Below, in pieces: positions 27,524-40,500 of a stretch of DNA of 64,000 nt. Each line of letters begins with the position of its first letter. Within the stretch, counting starts at the first letter, position 1. A model generated the notes under the pieces. It was not told the origin of the DNA. It saw nothing but the letters and a program-made list of their open reading frames with translations, and ran no database searches. The stretch comes from Catajapyx aquilonaris (lineage: Eukaryota), in the NCBI GenBank assembly GCA_000934665.2, contig KZ538698.1, positions 1-64,000 of the forward strand. The letters run 5' to 3'. A program made the position numbers and the translations under genes.

Positions 27524-30500
27524 ATCAAACTCGGACTATCCCTTCCGCAATAGATTATAATAGCTATTAATACACGTACAGTACTACTCATTGGCGTCAG
27601 ACACTAAGCAGTTAACAGTAATATCAATATTAAGTAGCTCCGTAATAGTAGTAGACTGATGATCATATTGTAAACTCATTATGCCTTGCATTTGGCACAC
27701 ATGTTGGTATGACACGTATGGTCGTAAAATTACGGAACAACCCGTGTGACTTCAATGTTTCTCCGAAGTTATTGTTGTTGCTGGGCCTAAACACCATAAC
27801 GTAAAGTAGTTGAACTTTCGAACTTTTAAGCACTAAGCCAACTTGAGCGGAGCTATAACAGTATAAGTTCTAATAATACTACATGCGCATGCTTCTGTTC
27901 CGAATATACTGTCGTGTAACATATGTTACCCGTCCTTTGCGTTCCCCTCCAAAAAAACAAAAAAAAACAAAAAAAAACTTATCTAAGTAACCAAACAAAA
28001 GGTCATATTCTTTTGCACGAAGAAGATAAGGCGTCTGATACGATTTGATGCCAAAGGGTCCACCTTCCCAGCACAAACTCTATGATAGAAATACCTTCCG
28101 CTTATTCCTTCTTTCACCACCTACGCAAATTGGCCACACGCCTGTCTCCGAACAACACACACACAACGCCGGAGAAAATAGATTCGTAAAAATGTACCAA
28201 CTGCCAGACAGCGTATTTCCTCAATATAATGGTTTGTTTTAAAAATATTGTAGCTATTGTCTGATTTTATGCCCTCATTTATATAGTTAGTTCGCCCGCT
28301 ACAAAATGCAATTAGACATAAGAACGAATTCATATGCCACACATAATTTTTGCAATCAGATATGAATATCAAAATACTTAGAAATGGACAATATATTTAA
28401 AACACTATGTATAGGCCTATACAAATTACTGAACCATGGAACCCTTACAAAACCACAAGTGATTATGCCCAATTTATCACATGAAAGTGTTTTATAACCA
28501 GTGCATTGAATTAATGAACTACTTTTGTTTTCAAATTTCACAACGTGTTATTGCATCAGGCAATTCAATTGCGGAGGGTATTGATAACACCAATAGGAAG
28601 TAAAGACAGCCCCCCTTATCTCAAATCGGCGCTGTAATGAAGGGAAGGGTGGGGTAAGTTATGACGGGTTATGATTACAAGCTGAGATTTGGATATAGGC
28701 ACGTGCCATCATTTTAGATCTACTCTACCAAGTAATTTCGTCGCCCCAGCGTATTTTTCTCTCAAAGAATATCTGTTGGGTCTGTGACGTAGAAAGCCTC
28801 CAGGATCGATATCTGCGTCGCTTCCGAATAATATCTGTATAGTGTTATGTGACGGCCAAGTTCATTGACTTGGCCTGCACGTGGCATCGAATAGAGCCTA
28901 CGCGAATTTATTCGACGTCGCAAACACGCATGTGCACCTGTACACAATATGAATAAGACTAGACTTGCAGGTCCTTGCCCAGTATGAAATCCACTTTTTT
29001 GCACTGTTAAAAATACCGAATGTAGAGTACATGCGGCTCACAGTCCATTAATACGGTATCATTATATAGTAAAATTACTATCACAATTTGTAGGAGATAA
29101 TTATGCTAAATTTGTATACAATAAGTTATTTTGGTGCACTGACTGATTAATTTAGAATTTGTTTATGCCCATTATTTTGTTCCCTTCAGTGTCGGGATTT
29201 GGAGAAGAAACTCGCTTTCGTGGAGGGCGATTATGCTAAACTTCAGCTGCGTTTATCCGATTTCGAAAACGAGATCGCCATGCTGAAAAAGAGCCTCCAG
29301 ATTGTATCAGACTCAAGAGAAACAGCCATAAAATCATTGGAAGAGGAACAGAAGCGTCGAAAGACAGCAGAACAGACTTGGGCAGACCAGTAAAAATTGG
29401 ACCATTTTTTATTTTGAGACCCCAAAATGTTTCAATTTATTTTTCAATCCAGCGGATCCAAGATGAAGCAAGAGCTCATGAAGCTGATGAGCCAAGACAA
29501 ACCCACCGTACTGGTGTCCGAAGTATCTCACCTTCAGCAACGATTAGCAGCCGCCGAGAAGCTCAACATCGATCTCCGTCAAGGTTTACAACATCAAGAG
29601 AAAAGGTGATTAACACGCGATTACCACCCAAATCATCGAGTTAATAAGCCCTTATTTCACAGGCACCAAAACGAGATTCGCATGATGGAATCCAAGCACG
29701 AGGCTAAGATTCAAGTGGTCCTTGAAGACATGCGTCTTCTGGAAGAAGAGTCTCGAAAACTAGAAGCCGTCTTACTGAAGAAGCAGTTAAAAGGTCGGGT
29801 TGACACTAACCAAATGGGACCTGACGCCAAGCAAGGTCAGGATAGTGAGAAGGCCAATCAGCAAGGACTTCGCGCAAAGCAAGGTACAGTTGAGTATTGG
29901 CTTATCTCCTATCTTGAATGGATGTTCAAGGGCTTCTTTGGTAAGAAGCAGTTTTCAGTGAATGGCCTTCGAACCAATTGCGGGCTCGTATCAGTATAGA
30001 TGATGACATTGCTTCATTTGGCGTGTGTGAAAAATTGCCGTGTGGGTTAGATTTATGTGACGGTGTGTGTCTACCGTGGTGTCTACGTTTCGATTGCTCG
30101 GTACAAGAGCGCACGCTACTATGACGACAGACATCGATTGGCTGCTGGGCAAATCTGCAGAGTTGCCGAATCTGACCCCTTGACGGAGAGCAAAATTTGT
30201 CGAGCTCTATTTTTTTTTTCCAGATGAAGGGTGTGAGACAACGTCCTTGATATTTGAGATAAACCTTGTTTGCCATGTTGCATACTGTGCAGGATGACAC
30301 ATTTCCCACGTGGTTTTGCAGTCAGATTTGGGTTGCAATGTTAATGCCAAGTTACTATTTTCACAGACGAAGAAAGGGAAAGTCGGCTGGAAAGCCGACT
30401 ACAAACTATGGAGGCATTACTCCAGGACCTCCATCAGTCCAAGAATAAAGAAACCGACCTAGACCCCCAGGAAACAGCCAGGGAGATACAAGACCTGGAA

Positions 30501-30815
30501 AAGACCGCCGAAGAGCTCGGCCATATGATTCTGACACAACTGACTAGTAAGGGCGCGTTACCCTCCGACCCCAACAGTGTCCTCAAGCTCTTCGAGTACC
30601 TCAATCGCACCTTCCACGATAACAGAAGGTCAGAGTTGGCCGCCATCCGAAACCTGCAAACCCAGGTCAAGCAGTTGAAGATGACAGTGACCGAGTACAA
30701 GGCGACACCTCCGGAAGAAGTCATTGTCAAAGGTGTTTCGGCCCCAATGGTACCCAGGCCATGCCGACCGGTCATCAAAATTGTGGCACAACCTAAGCGA
30801 CATGTACGTCTCTAA
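15088..30815 (+). CDS. CCDC57: Coiled-coil domain protein 57-like gene, 8 exons, 550 aa
   Basis: Exons 15088-15099, 15771-16041, 21767-21935, 26269-26446, 29190-29389, 29453-29605, 29663-29883, 30367-30815 join by GT-AG in frame (1653 nt). LEKDFCFNLRLLGERD resembles CCDC57 LQEDFVYNLQVLEERD. AATAAA at 31230. Exon 1 is least certain. Confidence 0.75.
15771..16041 (+). CDS. CCDC57: CCDC57-like exon 2
   Basis: CTCTCGTAG acceptor, AAAG|GTATTT donor; carries the conserved DFxFNLxLLxERD motif. Confidence 0.8.
18515..18716. mobile_element. TTAA-flanked (piggyBac-type) MITE with internal ~60-bp tandem repeats
   Basis: TTAA|CCACT...AGTGG|TTAA; repeated TTTGGTACTCCGGTGTACACCTGTAGTGGTA unit. Confidence 0.6.
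19230..19463. other. Assembly gap (234 N)
   Basis: Run of N. Confidence 1.
21409..21501. repeat. (TA)n microsatellite
   Basis: Directly visible. Confidence 0.95.
21767..21935 (+). CDS. CCDC57: CCDC57-like exon 3
   Basis: TGTGCAG|AG acceptor, AAGAG|GTTAG donor; coiled-coil peptide MRMMLEAKEVETSRVKRKLSELEKE. Confidence 0.85.
26269..26446 (+). CDS. CCDC57: CCDC57-like exon 4
   Basis: CATTAG|G acceptor, AAG|GTCTAC donor; phases match neighbours. Confidence 0.8.
27397..27523. repeat. Compound (TTA)n(GTA)n microsatellite
   Basis: Directly visible. Confidence 0.95.
29190..29883 (+). CDS. CCDC57: CCDC57-like exons 5-7 (29190-29389, 29453-29605, 29663-29883)
   Basis: Three coiled-coil exons separated by 63- and 57-nt GT-AG introns with consistent phases. 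Confidence 0.85.
30367..30815 (+). CDS. CCDC57: CCDC57-like terminal exon
   Basis: TTTCACAG acceptor, open to TAA at 30813-30815. Confidence 0.8.
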
Positions 30816-31117
30816 GGGTGTGTCATGAAGGCCAACCGGTTGACATTAATTCAACATTGCATAACGCCCATTATTTCCTTGTTGAGTTTTTCAAATATTT
30901 TTTTATAGTTTGATATAAGCTACCAGCCTGGGGGCTTATTTATGCGGTTCGTGACGCCAGTCGTTGACGTTCAGGCATTCATTAACACTATATTCAGCTG
31001 CCACTTGTAACAATCGCGGTTGAAGGTCGTGAACCGATCGTCTTCCTGGCTTCCTGGACCCAATCCTTGTTGTACCTGTCGCCCCTAGGTTAGTCCTGCT
31101 ATTTTTGTTGAATATAC

Positions 31118-31128
31118 CGGTCACACTT
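31118..31128 (+). promoter_or_regulatory. Ohler motif-1-like element upstream of MCRIP
   Basis: CGGTCACACTT versus consensus YGGTCACACTR, ~390 bp upstream of the MCRIP ATG. Confidence 0.35.
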
Positions 31129-31514
31129 GTCACATGCTGGCGAACCACATCGGCCTTTGCCAGGTGTGTCGCAACATTTGGACCATATCCAACAATTCCG
31201 GTTACATTTTTTTTGTGTAATCAATGTACAATAAATATGTAGCATCCTAACCTTTGACATTGGCAACCTCTAACCGTACACCCTACTGAAATAATTTGTA
31301 CCGGCAAGAGGTACCGGTGTATCGGTATCCCCCTCCCGCTACGTATCCTTGAAACACCCCCCCCCTCTGGGCAGATTGGATGTGACCTAGCATGGGGGGG
31401 TGTGAAGCTCGAGGCTGGCGGGGGAGGCCGGGTGGAGCGGAGGGCTCCCTTTTTAAGCCTTTACCCACAATGCTATTCCAGAGACAGTCTGCGCAGGGAT
31501 CCGATCCAGAGAAG

Positions 31515-34500
31515 ATGTACGCGCTCAACAAGGCGCCAAGGAAAATCGTGGCCAAAACCAGGCGTGGTAAGAAGACACCCCCCACACCACCCAGTCCTCC
31601 ATACCACACCCCACCCTATGCTGTCAACTGTGACCCCCACCACCCCTCCGCCGCCCTTCCCACTGCTCACACACAAAACCCTCACCCCTCTTTCGGTTTT
31701 GGTTTGCGCTCAGCTCGATCTCTTCAAAACATTGGTTGTTTTTTTTTTGTTTGACCCCGTTTCCTCTTCCATTTCTTGTTTGTCTCGCAGGACTTCCCCA
31801 GAAGTTCGAGAGCCTGGAAACGTTTAGGGATCTGACAAGAAAGAAGTCGGATAACGAGGAGGTGGAGATGAGGTGAGGATGGTGACCTGCTCAATAAGCT
31901 TGGGGATGTGTTGTAATGTTGGTTGGCATGCTAAGGGTTGGGAGTGTGGGATGTCCCAGCTGTTGTCCAGCACATGCAGAGTCAGGCCTGGCTCTGTGCG
32001 GACTAGTGTGGTGGTTTGTAAATTTGTTGAGGCCTGGTTCACATGTGGCCACTTTAAGTCGCAGAAACTGACCACTTTTGGAAAGTGGTAAGTTTCTGTG
32101 GCCAGTTGCTGCGACTAAAAGTGGCCATGTGTGCACCTGGCCTAAGTTGCGGCTCAGAGGAGACGAGTACACTGAGGTCCACTTTGGTCACTTGTAGCCA
32201 CAAGGTAATTGTTGCTCCAGGGGGTCAGCTTGCAAGACAACCCCCTAGGTGCAGGTCAGAAACCCCCACCGACCACTGCACCTCCCCATGGATGGGTCAA
32301 GGATAGGAATGGAAGGGGGCGGCTGTGGCCTATTATTTACAGTAGTGACCCCGGAATTTTCCTGGGAGGACCGTGGAAAACCACAGAAAACCAGTCAGGA
32401 TCGCCGGCCCCGGGACTCAAACCCAGGACCTCCCGATTAGCAGTCAGACGCCTTATCCACTCCACCAACCTGCATCGGTAAACCACGTAGATTTCGGCTT
32501 ATGCGTACTCCGAAGATATGGAGAAGATATTTTACAAATAATAACAGCTATACTTACCCGTCCAGGGAAAACACTGAATGTGTCGGGAACAGTTTTACTC
32601 GTCTAGAAGTCCCTAAATTAATTTTCAAAAAAAGGTAATAAAAACTCGAATTATGAGTACTTCCGGCCAACTGTTAGGCTGATTTAATTATGAAATGCAT
32701 GAATATATGCGGAATAACAACCTTGAGAACCATGCCAGACGGGATTTGCTGAAATCTTCGTACTTTACAAGAAATAAATAAATACGTATTTGCAGCTTTT
32801 TGCCACTTCGCGAGAAGTAAATGTGAGTTTTCCGAAGTGCCAGAAAGCTGCAAATACTGGAAGTATTAATTTATTTCTCGCCAAGTACGATGATTTCAGC
32901 AAATTCGTCTGGCATGGTTCTCAAAGTTGTTGTTCTGCATATTTTCATGCATTTAATAATTAAATCAGCCTAACAGTTGGGCGGAAGTACTCCAATATCG
33001 AGTTTTCATAGCCTTTTTTGGGAAATTAATTGCGACTTCTAGACAAGTAAAACTGTTCCAGACACATTCATCATGTTTTCCCTGAACGGGTAAGTATAGC
33101 TGTTATTATTTGTAAAATATCTTGTCCGTATCTTCGGAGTATGCGTAAGCTGAAATCTATGTGGTTTGGGCCTATCTGGTAGTGAAGGGGTTAAATGAGT
33201 CAGTTATAATGGTGCTCTATGTGTGTTACCTTGTACAATTCTAATGGCCACAGTAATTATTTTGTGCCAATTTTTAGGAGGTTGCGTGGTTCCCACATGA
33301 AGGCAACTTTTTTTCCCCATTGATTATTATGTGCCTGTTGCATTTGCACGGCAACAAAAGTGCCTAGGTGATGCTGGGGTAGAAGAACACCTCTATGTCT
33401 TTAGAACACTATGTGCCATTGGACTGAAGGAATTGGGAACCCAGTGTACTTAGATTTCATGCGGTTCCTTGGTCCACTCATATTCCCTACTTTCACTCGA
33501 TATTCCATGGAACGCAAAACCGCAAGTGCTATGTTCGGGGTGAGTTGGGGGGGGGGGGGATGAAGTCGATGAAGTCCCACTCACCATACAGCTCCTGCTC
33601 AAGCGACAAGCGTTGAACCACCTGGTATGGGTTCAGTTTTGCTGTTGGAACTATTTATCCTGCACTCTATTCTGCAAATCATAATAATTGACAGTTACAT
33701 GCATCAGGGGTCCCTTACTCTGTGCAGCCGTGTCACGAGGTCTGGGTTGGCCATGCCCAAGGACAGCCTTCGTCACCCGTCTCCTTATGGAATTCAGTAC
33801 CTTCTGCCTAGCGGCAGACAGGGTATTTATCAGTCCTAAACGCTTAGATCTTGCGTTGATGACTTATGATGACGGGCGAACTGTTGTCTGGATGATTGGA
33901 CATGATGTCTGGATGTGGTGGCTTATGACTGGGTGATGGATGACTGGTGGCAGCCAAGTTGATGTTTTGTTTTGTATTAATTTTGTTGTAAATGTCAGAG
34001 TGAATGGGCTGTTGGGCCTTAACGGGCATGGTCGGTCCAATAAATTCCTAATCAGTTACATTTTAAGGGCGATAGCCCTTAAGTAAGACCGTAGCATAGC
34101 GTTTCAACAATGAATTTTTCCTACTTGTTGTTCTTCTTGTTCTTCTTGTTACGTTTTTTTTATTCGCCCTAACTCAAGTTCTGCTGTAGGTAGAGCTTCC
34201 AAATTTTGAACGCAGATCCCCACCGTCGTGACTTGATTTCCTACCATTTACACTTTTACTTAATTCCTCTTCAAAACGCCGCAAAAAATTTAAAACCACT
34301 AAAAAATACGGTTTAATTTTTTAGCTCAGTAACTATTCGGAATTTGGTTCCTTCATCAAAGGGCCGAAGGTGCAGTGGGATGGTGCGGATCTATGTTCAA
34401 AATCTCACAGTTCCCACTGCTGCAGGATTGGAGCTGTGATTTTTTTACCTCTTATTTTTTCTTTCATTAATTCATTTGTTCATAATGCCATCACCTTGAA

Positions 34501-37500
34501 ACGACAATTCTTGTTTACCCACTAGCCATATTGTTATTAGCGAAATGTTACCCTGCCGCTGGTGTGAACTCATTGCACTTATTACAGATTATTACAGTTG
34601 AATCCGGATATAACAGCCTCGGCTATAACAGACTTGGTTATAAAGGCTGTCCCGGCATGCTTCCATTAGGCACTGTGTATTTTCACTCCTCATGTAACAG
34701 ACTCATTCTCACCTCACCTCGGGTATAACAGACCATTTCTTGGACCCTAGGTGGGAAAATATTGTTTTCCAGGTATAAAATTTGCAAAAAGGAGATGGCA
34801 GAAGGAAATTTCGGATATTTTGGTCCTGCATAATTTTCGGGTGAGCCAATATTGCATTTGTGACAGATTTCATTAATCGGTATGTAGTCTAGTAGTGCAT
34901 AGTACAGCCACATTGAAAGCGGAATTTTATGTTTACGTTGCGTGACGATTCGGCTATAACAGACCTCGGCTATAACAGACTTTTTCCGCAGTCTCTTGAA
35001 GTTTGTTGTATCCGGGTTCAACAGTACTACTATTAACCCCGTTCGCTCCCTGCTATATCGCCATCGCCAGGTAATACCGGCCAACTCTTAAGCTGATTTA
35101 ATTATGAAATTATGTTACAGTATGCAGAATATCTTCCTTGAGAAATGTGCCAGACTAATATTTGCTGCAATCGTTGAAAATTAAATAAGTTTGGGAGTTT
35201 TCAGATGTGACAGAGGCAAGCCACATATACGCGTATAGTATTGATTTAATTCTTGGAAAGTTCCACGATTTCAGTAAATTCGGTTGGTACTAGTGGTACG
35301 GTTCTCAATGTAGATAATAATTGAAGGGTTGCCCCGAATAATGTTGTAAGTGACATTGGTGACAGTTGCCTAGTTTTGGTTTCCGCGGGTCCCGGGAATA
35401 GGAAAAGATACATGTCCTGGGCATTTCCATGCAAACACAGACATACTGTCCGTTCGTTACGCAGGTTTTGCAGACATGTACTTGCGTATTTTATTGTAAC
35501 GTGCCAGACGAACTGATTTGCTGAAATCGTCGCATTTCGCGAAAATTAAGTACGGTTGGGAGTTTTCAGATGTGACGGAGGCAATCCGCAGATAAGTATT
35601 GATTGAATTCTTGCAAAGTACCACGATTTCAGCAAATTCGTCTGGTACAGTTCTCAATGTCTATATTCCGTATATTTTAGAGTATAGGCTATTTCATAAT
35701 AATTAAATCAGACTAACCGTTGGCTGGTAGCACTCGACTTTCGTTTTTTTACGACTGTCTCTGTGAAAATAATTTTAGGGACTTCTAAGCGACGAAAATC
35801 GTCTCCAATGCATTCATAGTGCAGACTGTATAGTGTAGAGCATAAGTTATGTGTACTGTCAAAAAAGAACTGAAATTAGATCAAACACTTTCCCTTCAGT
35901 AAAAAAAAGAGAAGTAAGACCTCCGCGGCGGAATGAAGGTACTGAAACAAGACAGGCGCACGTAAGACCTTCACCAATCGATTTAAGCTGTACCATAGGT
36001 CTTACTCAAGCAATTCTCAAGTACGGTATGGAACGGCTCGTAAAATGACTGCTGCAAACTACTCAGAGCAGTATACGCAGGATTTTATTATGAAAAAAAA
36101 AAAAATGGGGAAAAACTAAACCCATCCTAACAGACTTGGTCCAATCGAAAAAGACCCTCTAAAATTCACCAATTAACGTTTATATGTGAAAAATTAAACG
36201 TTAGAGTTAAAATCAGCATCTTAAAGAGGTGACGATTCTGCATGAATGTTTCATGGCAATAATTCTCATTAATTGCAAAGAAATTCTATGTGCTTAATAT
36301 TGAAGTTCCTAGTTTCATAAAACACTCATATGGAGTGGCTCATGGAAAATTAATGGGTGGAATTTTCGTCGTACTACTATTACTATTAACTATAGGTCTG
36401 TTGTTACTGCTAACTTAGCAGTACCATTGCACTACACTGGTACTGCGAAGTTAGAAGTAACTAGTAGTACGACAGAAATTCCACAAATTTGTTTTCAGAA
36501 AGGAGAGTTCATGAGCAGTGAATTGGAAATTGCTTGAGTAAGACCTATGGTACAGCTTAAATCAATTGGTGAAGGTCTTACGTGCGCCTGTCTTGTTTCA
36601 GTACCTTCATTCCGCCGCGGAGGTCTTACTTCTCTTTTTTTTACTGAAGGGAAAGTTTTTGATCTAATGAATCATAAATTACAATTTCGCTTAACATAGC
36701 ATGGTTACCTTCCATGATAGTGTGGTAATCAAAACTGTGCTGTTTTTTCGGCCTCTGCGGAGGGTCCCAATGGTCACTTGCCATTCAGTCGTCATTCAAC
36801 TCAAGAGGGTCATACCACCTGGTATGTCAACAGTTTCACCACATCTTTCCGGGAATACCAATATCATGCATGTGTGATCTGTGTTTACATTATTCTATGC
36901 TTTGTTCAATAAGGTCGAGTTTCATTTATCCTCAACATGTAACATGGCACAGTTTGGATTTCCACAATTCAATTAAGTTACATCACCACAGACATTACTG
37001 TCAAGAAATCCTGTAATGGTATTTTCAGTGGCCATGGTTGGTGCTGGTTATCCAACTCCCCTGTGTCAACCAGAGTTGGCATGTTGCAATTTTTACAAAT
37101 TTTTCCCAACTGTTTTATATGCTCTAAGAAATGGAAGAAAATAATTGGTTACCCTGTGATAGACTGTGGCCTCTTAGGGAGATCCTCTTTGAACTCCCCA
37201 ACTTTATTAGTCACTGCACTTTTGATGAATTTTGACACTGAGAGGAAACAGGAACTCCTAGAAAACCCAAACACACAGAGAACCCATTGAAACATGTTCC
37301 ATATGACAAACTCCTCTGTCCAATCTGGGAGTTGAACTCACCTCAGTACCTAGTACCTCAAGAGAGCTGAGCTGTTGCACTAACTGCAGCTCCGTTGTGC
37401 TGGAAGCTGATTTGAATATTGATATTGGCAAAGTGCTTCCAATAGTGGAAGAGAGGCTGGTAGAACTATTTGTGAAAAGTTTTAACTAAGTGTATCCTGT

Positions 37501-40500
37501 CACTAGTAACCATCAGCAATCAAGGCAAAGTTCTCGGGGCAAAGTATTTGCAAACAAAAAATAATAATAATAATTCATACACCATTATCAGCCATCGGCT
37601 CTTTAGGGGGGAAGTTTGTTTTGCCTGGAACTGTTTGCTTTCATTTTACTGTGGTCTTTGGGATAGGATAGGGACGGAAGGAAGCGGCTGTGGCCTATTA
37701 ATTACAGAAGCAACTCTGGAATTTTTCTGGAAGGACCGTGGGAAACCACAGAAAACCACGGTCAGAGTTGCCGGCCCCGGGATTTGATCCCAGGACCTCC
37801 CGATTAGCAGTCAGACACCATATCCCCTCCTCCAAACTGCTTCGGTACAAAAAAAATAATAATTAAGAAATTAAGGAAATAACTGGAGATCTGATGGTTG
37901 TACATTACCCGGAAACGTTTGGCTAAAAAAAATTCTCCAGTAAAAGAAATTTAAATGAGCTTTCATTTACTTATGAGATGAAGCTGAAAATAACTTTTTT
38001 TTAGCTCACAAAAATGGTATGTGATATCAGTTTTGTCAGCCATCTTGTATCCAATATGATTTTAGAGGTGTGCACCCTGACACTCTGAATTTTTCTTGCA
38101 GTTCACCAAAGCCTATATTCCATAGCACAGTCAACGGACGGAAGTTAAACAGTCAGCATTCTCAACAAGAGATCATTACACCCCAGCATGAAGAGCTTAT
38201 TAAATACGTATATGGCTGTGAGTTAGATATTTTGATATCTGCATGCCCTCAATAGACAGAACAAATGGTACACTACTGGGAAAAGTAGCCTTTTACTCCC
38301 TCAAGCAGTGCCAGTGCGGCACAGGTAGAAGTATGGGCGAGTGTGAGTTGATTAACGCGTGCTTCCACTTGCACCCACTTGCCTGGCTGCTTGGTGCTGC
38401 ATGCGGAGGTTCAAGACAGATTTTTTCCGGTAGTGCGCTATAGTGCTACTATCTGTTTATTTAATATAGATCCCTGTGTTTGACTCTAAAAGACTCCCAG
38501 GCAAATTATCCAAAAAAATAATGGTATGTATCGTTAGAAAACTTGTTTAAATCCACATTACATATATGCGAGTTGTTTTCCTATCGCCAGTCTCTAATTT
38601 TTTATGATAAAAAGGAGGAAAAGTGTCATTTTTTGACTAGTTGACGATGTTACACCACAAAGTGAATTTTTTATGACACTTTCAGGAGGCCAAAAAAATC
38701 CACCTGTGAACCCTGGATAGTGCACATTTTTATCTATCTAATGATATATTTGAAACATTGAGATCGCCATTTCTGTAATCATGATTAAGTTAATTGCACA
38801 CCTCTGTTATCTCGGCTGTTTATAATCCGAATTACTTCACGAATGTATCGACTGCAAGCCAGAAATGTGCGTGATAAGATTACACCGTACTCTATTACAC
38901 TAAATTTTTTAAAAGTATTTAACCCTTAACTAGTGACCTGGAAAATCCTAACACTCACGGTGACCTGGGGTGTTTAAAGACCCCAGGGGATTTTTAAAAT
39001 ATAAATTGCCTTTAATGATAAATATTTGCTTTTTAACTCTTTTACACAACACCTGCAACTGTTTTCTACAATTTGGTTTAATTTTCAACTCTCTAGCTGC
39101 CGTAGAACGGAATTTAAAAAATCATATACCTAACTACAATGAAACATTTTATAACAAAAAAATTGCACCTGGGGTGTTGAAAGACCCCAGGTCACCAGTT
39201 TTAAGTGTTAAAAGTATCACCGTCTATTCCCGCCAGAAAGCGGGCTGGGTCCTTTTCTATTAAGCTTACTAAAACAATACTTTAAAAAAATTTAGTGTAA
39301 TAGAGTAGAGTGTAATCTTATCATTTAACATTTCTGGCTTGCCTTCGATACATATGCGAAGTAATTCAGATTATAAACAGCCGAGATAACAAAGGTGTGC
39401 AATTAACTTAATTATGATTACAGAAATGGCGATCTCGATGTTTCAAATATATCATTAGATGGATAAAGATGTGCACTATCCAGGGTTCACAGGTGGATTT
39501 TTTTGGCCTCCTGAAAGCGTCATAGAAAATTCACGTTGTGATGTAACGTCGGCAACTAGTGAAAAAATGACACTTTTCCGCCTTCTTTTTACCATAAAAA
39601 ATTAGAGACTGACGATAGGAAAACAACTTGCATATATGTAACGTGGATTTAAACAAGCTTTCTAACGATACATACCATTATTTTTTTGGATAATTTGCCT
39701 GGGAGTTGCTTAAAAGTCAAACACAGGGCTCTATATTAAATCAACAGATAGTAGTACATATTCACCTCCACTTCTTGATACGTAGATTGTTCCAGTCATG
39801 GCAGACATGTTTTTACTCAAACCCTGATAATTGCACAGGATATTTCAATGGAAATATGTCTGTGCAGGTTTACAATTTTTTGGCACTAAGCAGAAACTAA
39901 GCAGAAGTGTGCACATGGGCAATTTGGTGCAAAAGGGTTCATAAAACAGATTATATGCAAGTAAATCCTACCTGTAACAGATGCTTGAATTTCGATCTAA
40001 TACTTCTGGTAAATCATGTATTTTACTTTCCAGCATGGAACAAAGTTGTCAAGGAATATGAACAAGTTCAGCAGGAACTAGATAATGGCCAAGGTAATGG
40101 GCTATCTTCTCTTTTTGAACAAGTTTTTGATATGATAATTCAACCCTACACCCTAACTTACTCTATATTTGTTTTGCAGGGCGCTCAAGAAACCCAAGTG
40201 TTGTCTATTATGATGAAAGGCCCCACTCCATAGAAGGTGAGGTTTTATCACATGGTCTGGTATAATAAATTATTGAGACTTTGAGAGACAAATAGGGACA
40301 GTTACAGACTCGCATGGTACTCATAACTTCAGGCAGTTTGTTGATGGGTGGTGGAGGAGTCTGACAGCATCTATGTAAAGGTGGTAGCGCACCTCCAGTC
40401 ACACCAAGAAGGAACCGAGTTCTTATGAACAAGCGAAAATTGGAGGGGGGAAAAAATGTTTTACATTTTGTGTTTGGGATGGTGCTTTAGAGAATGTGAT

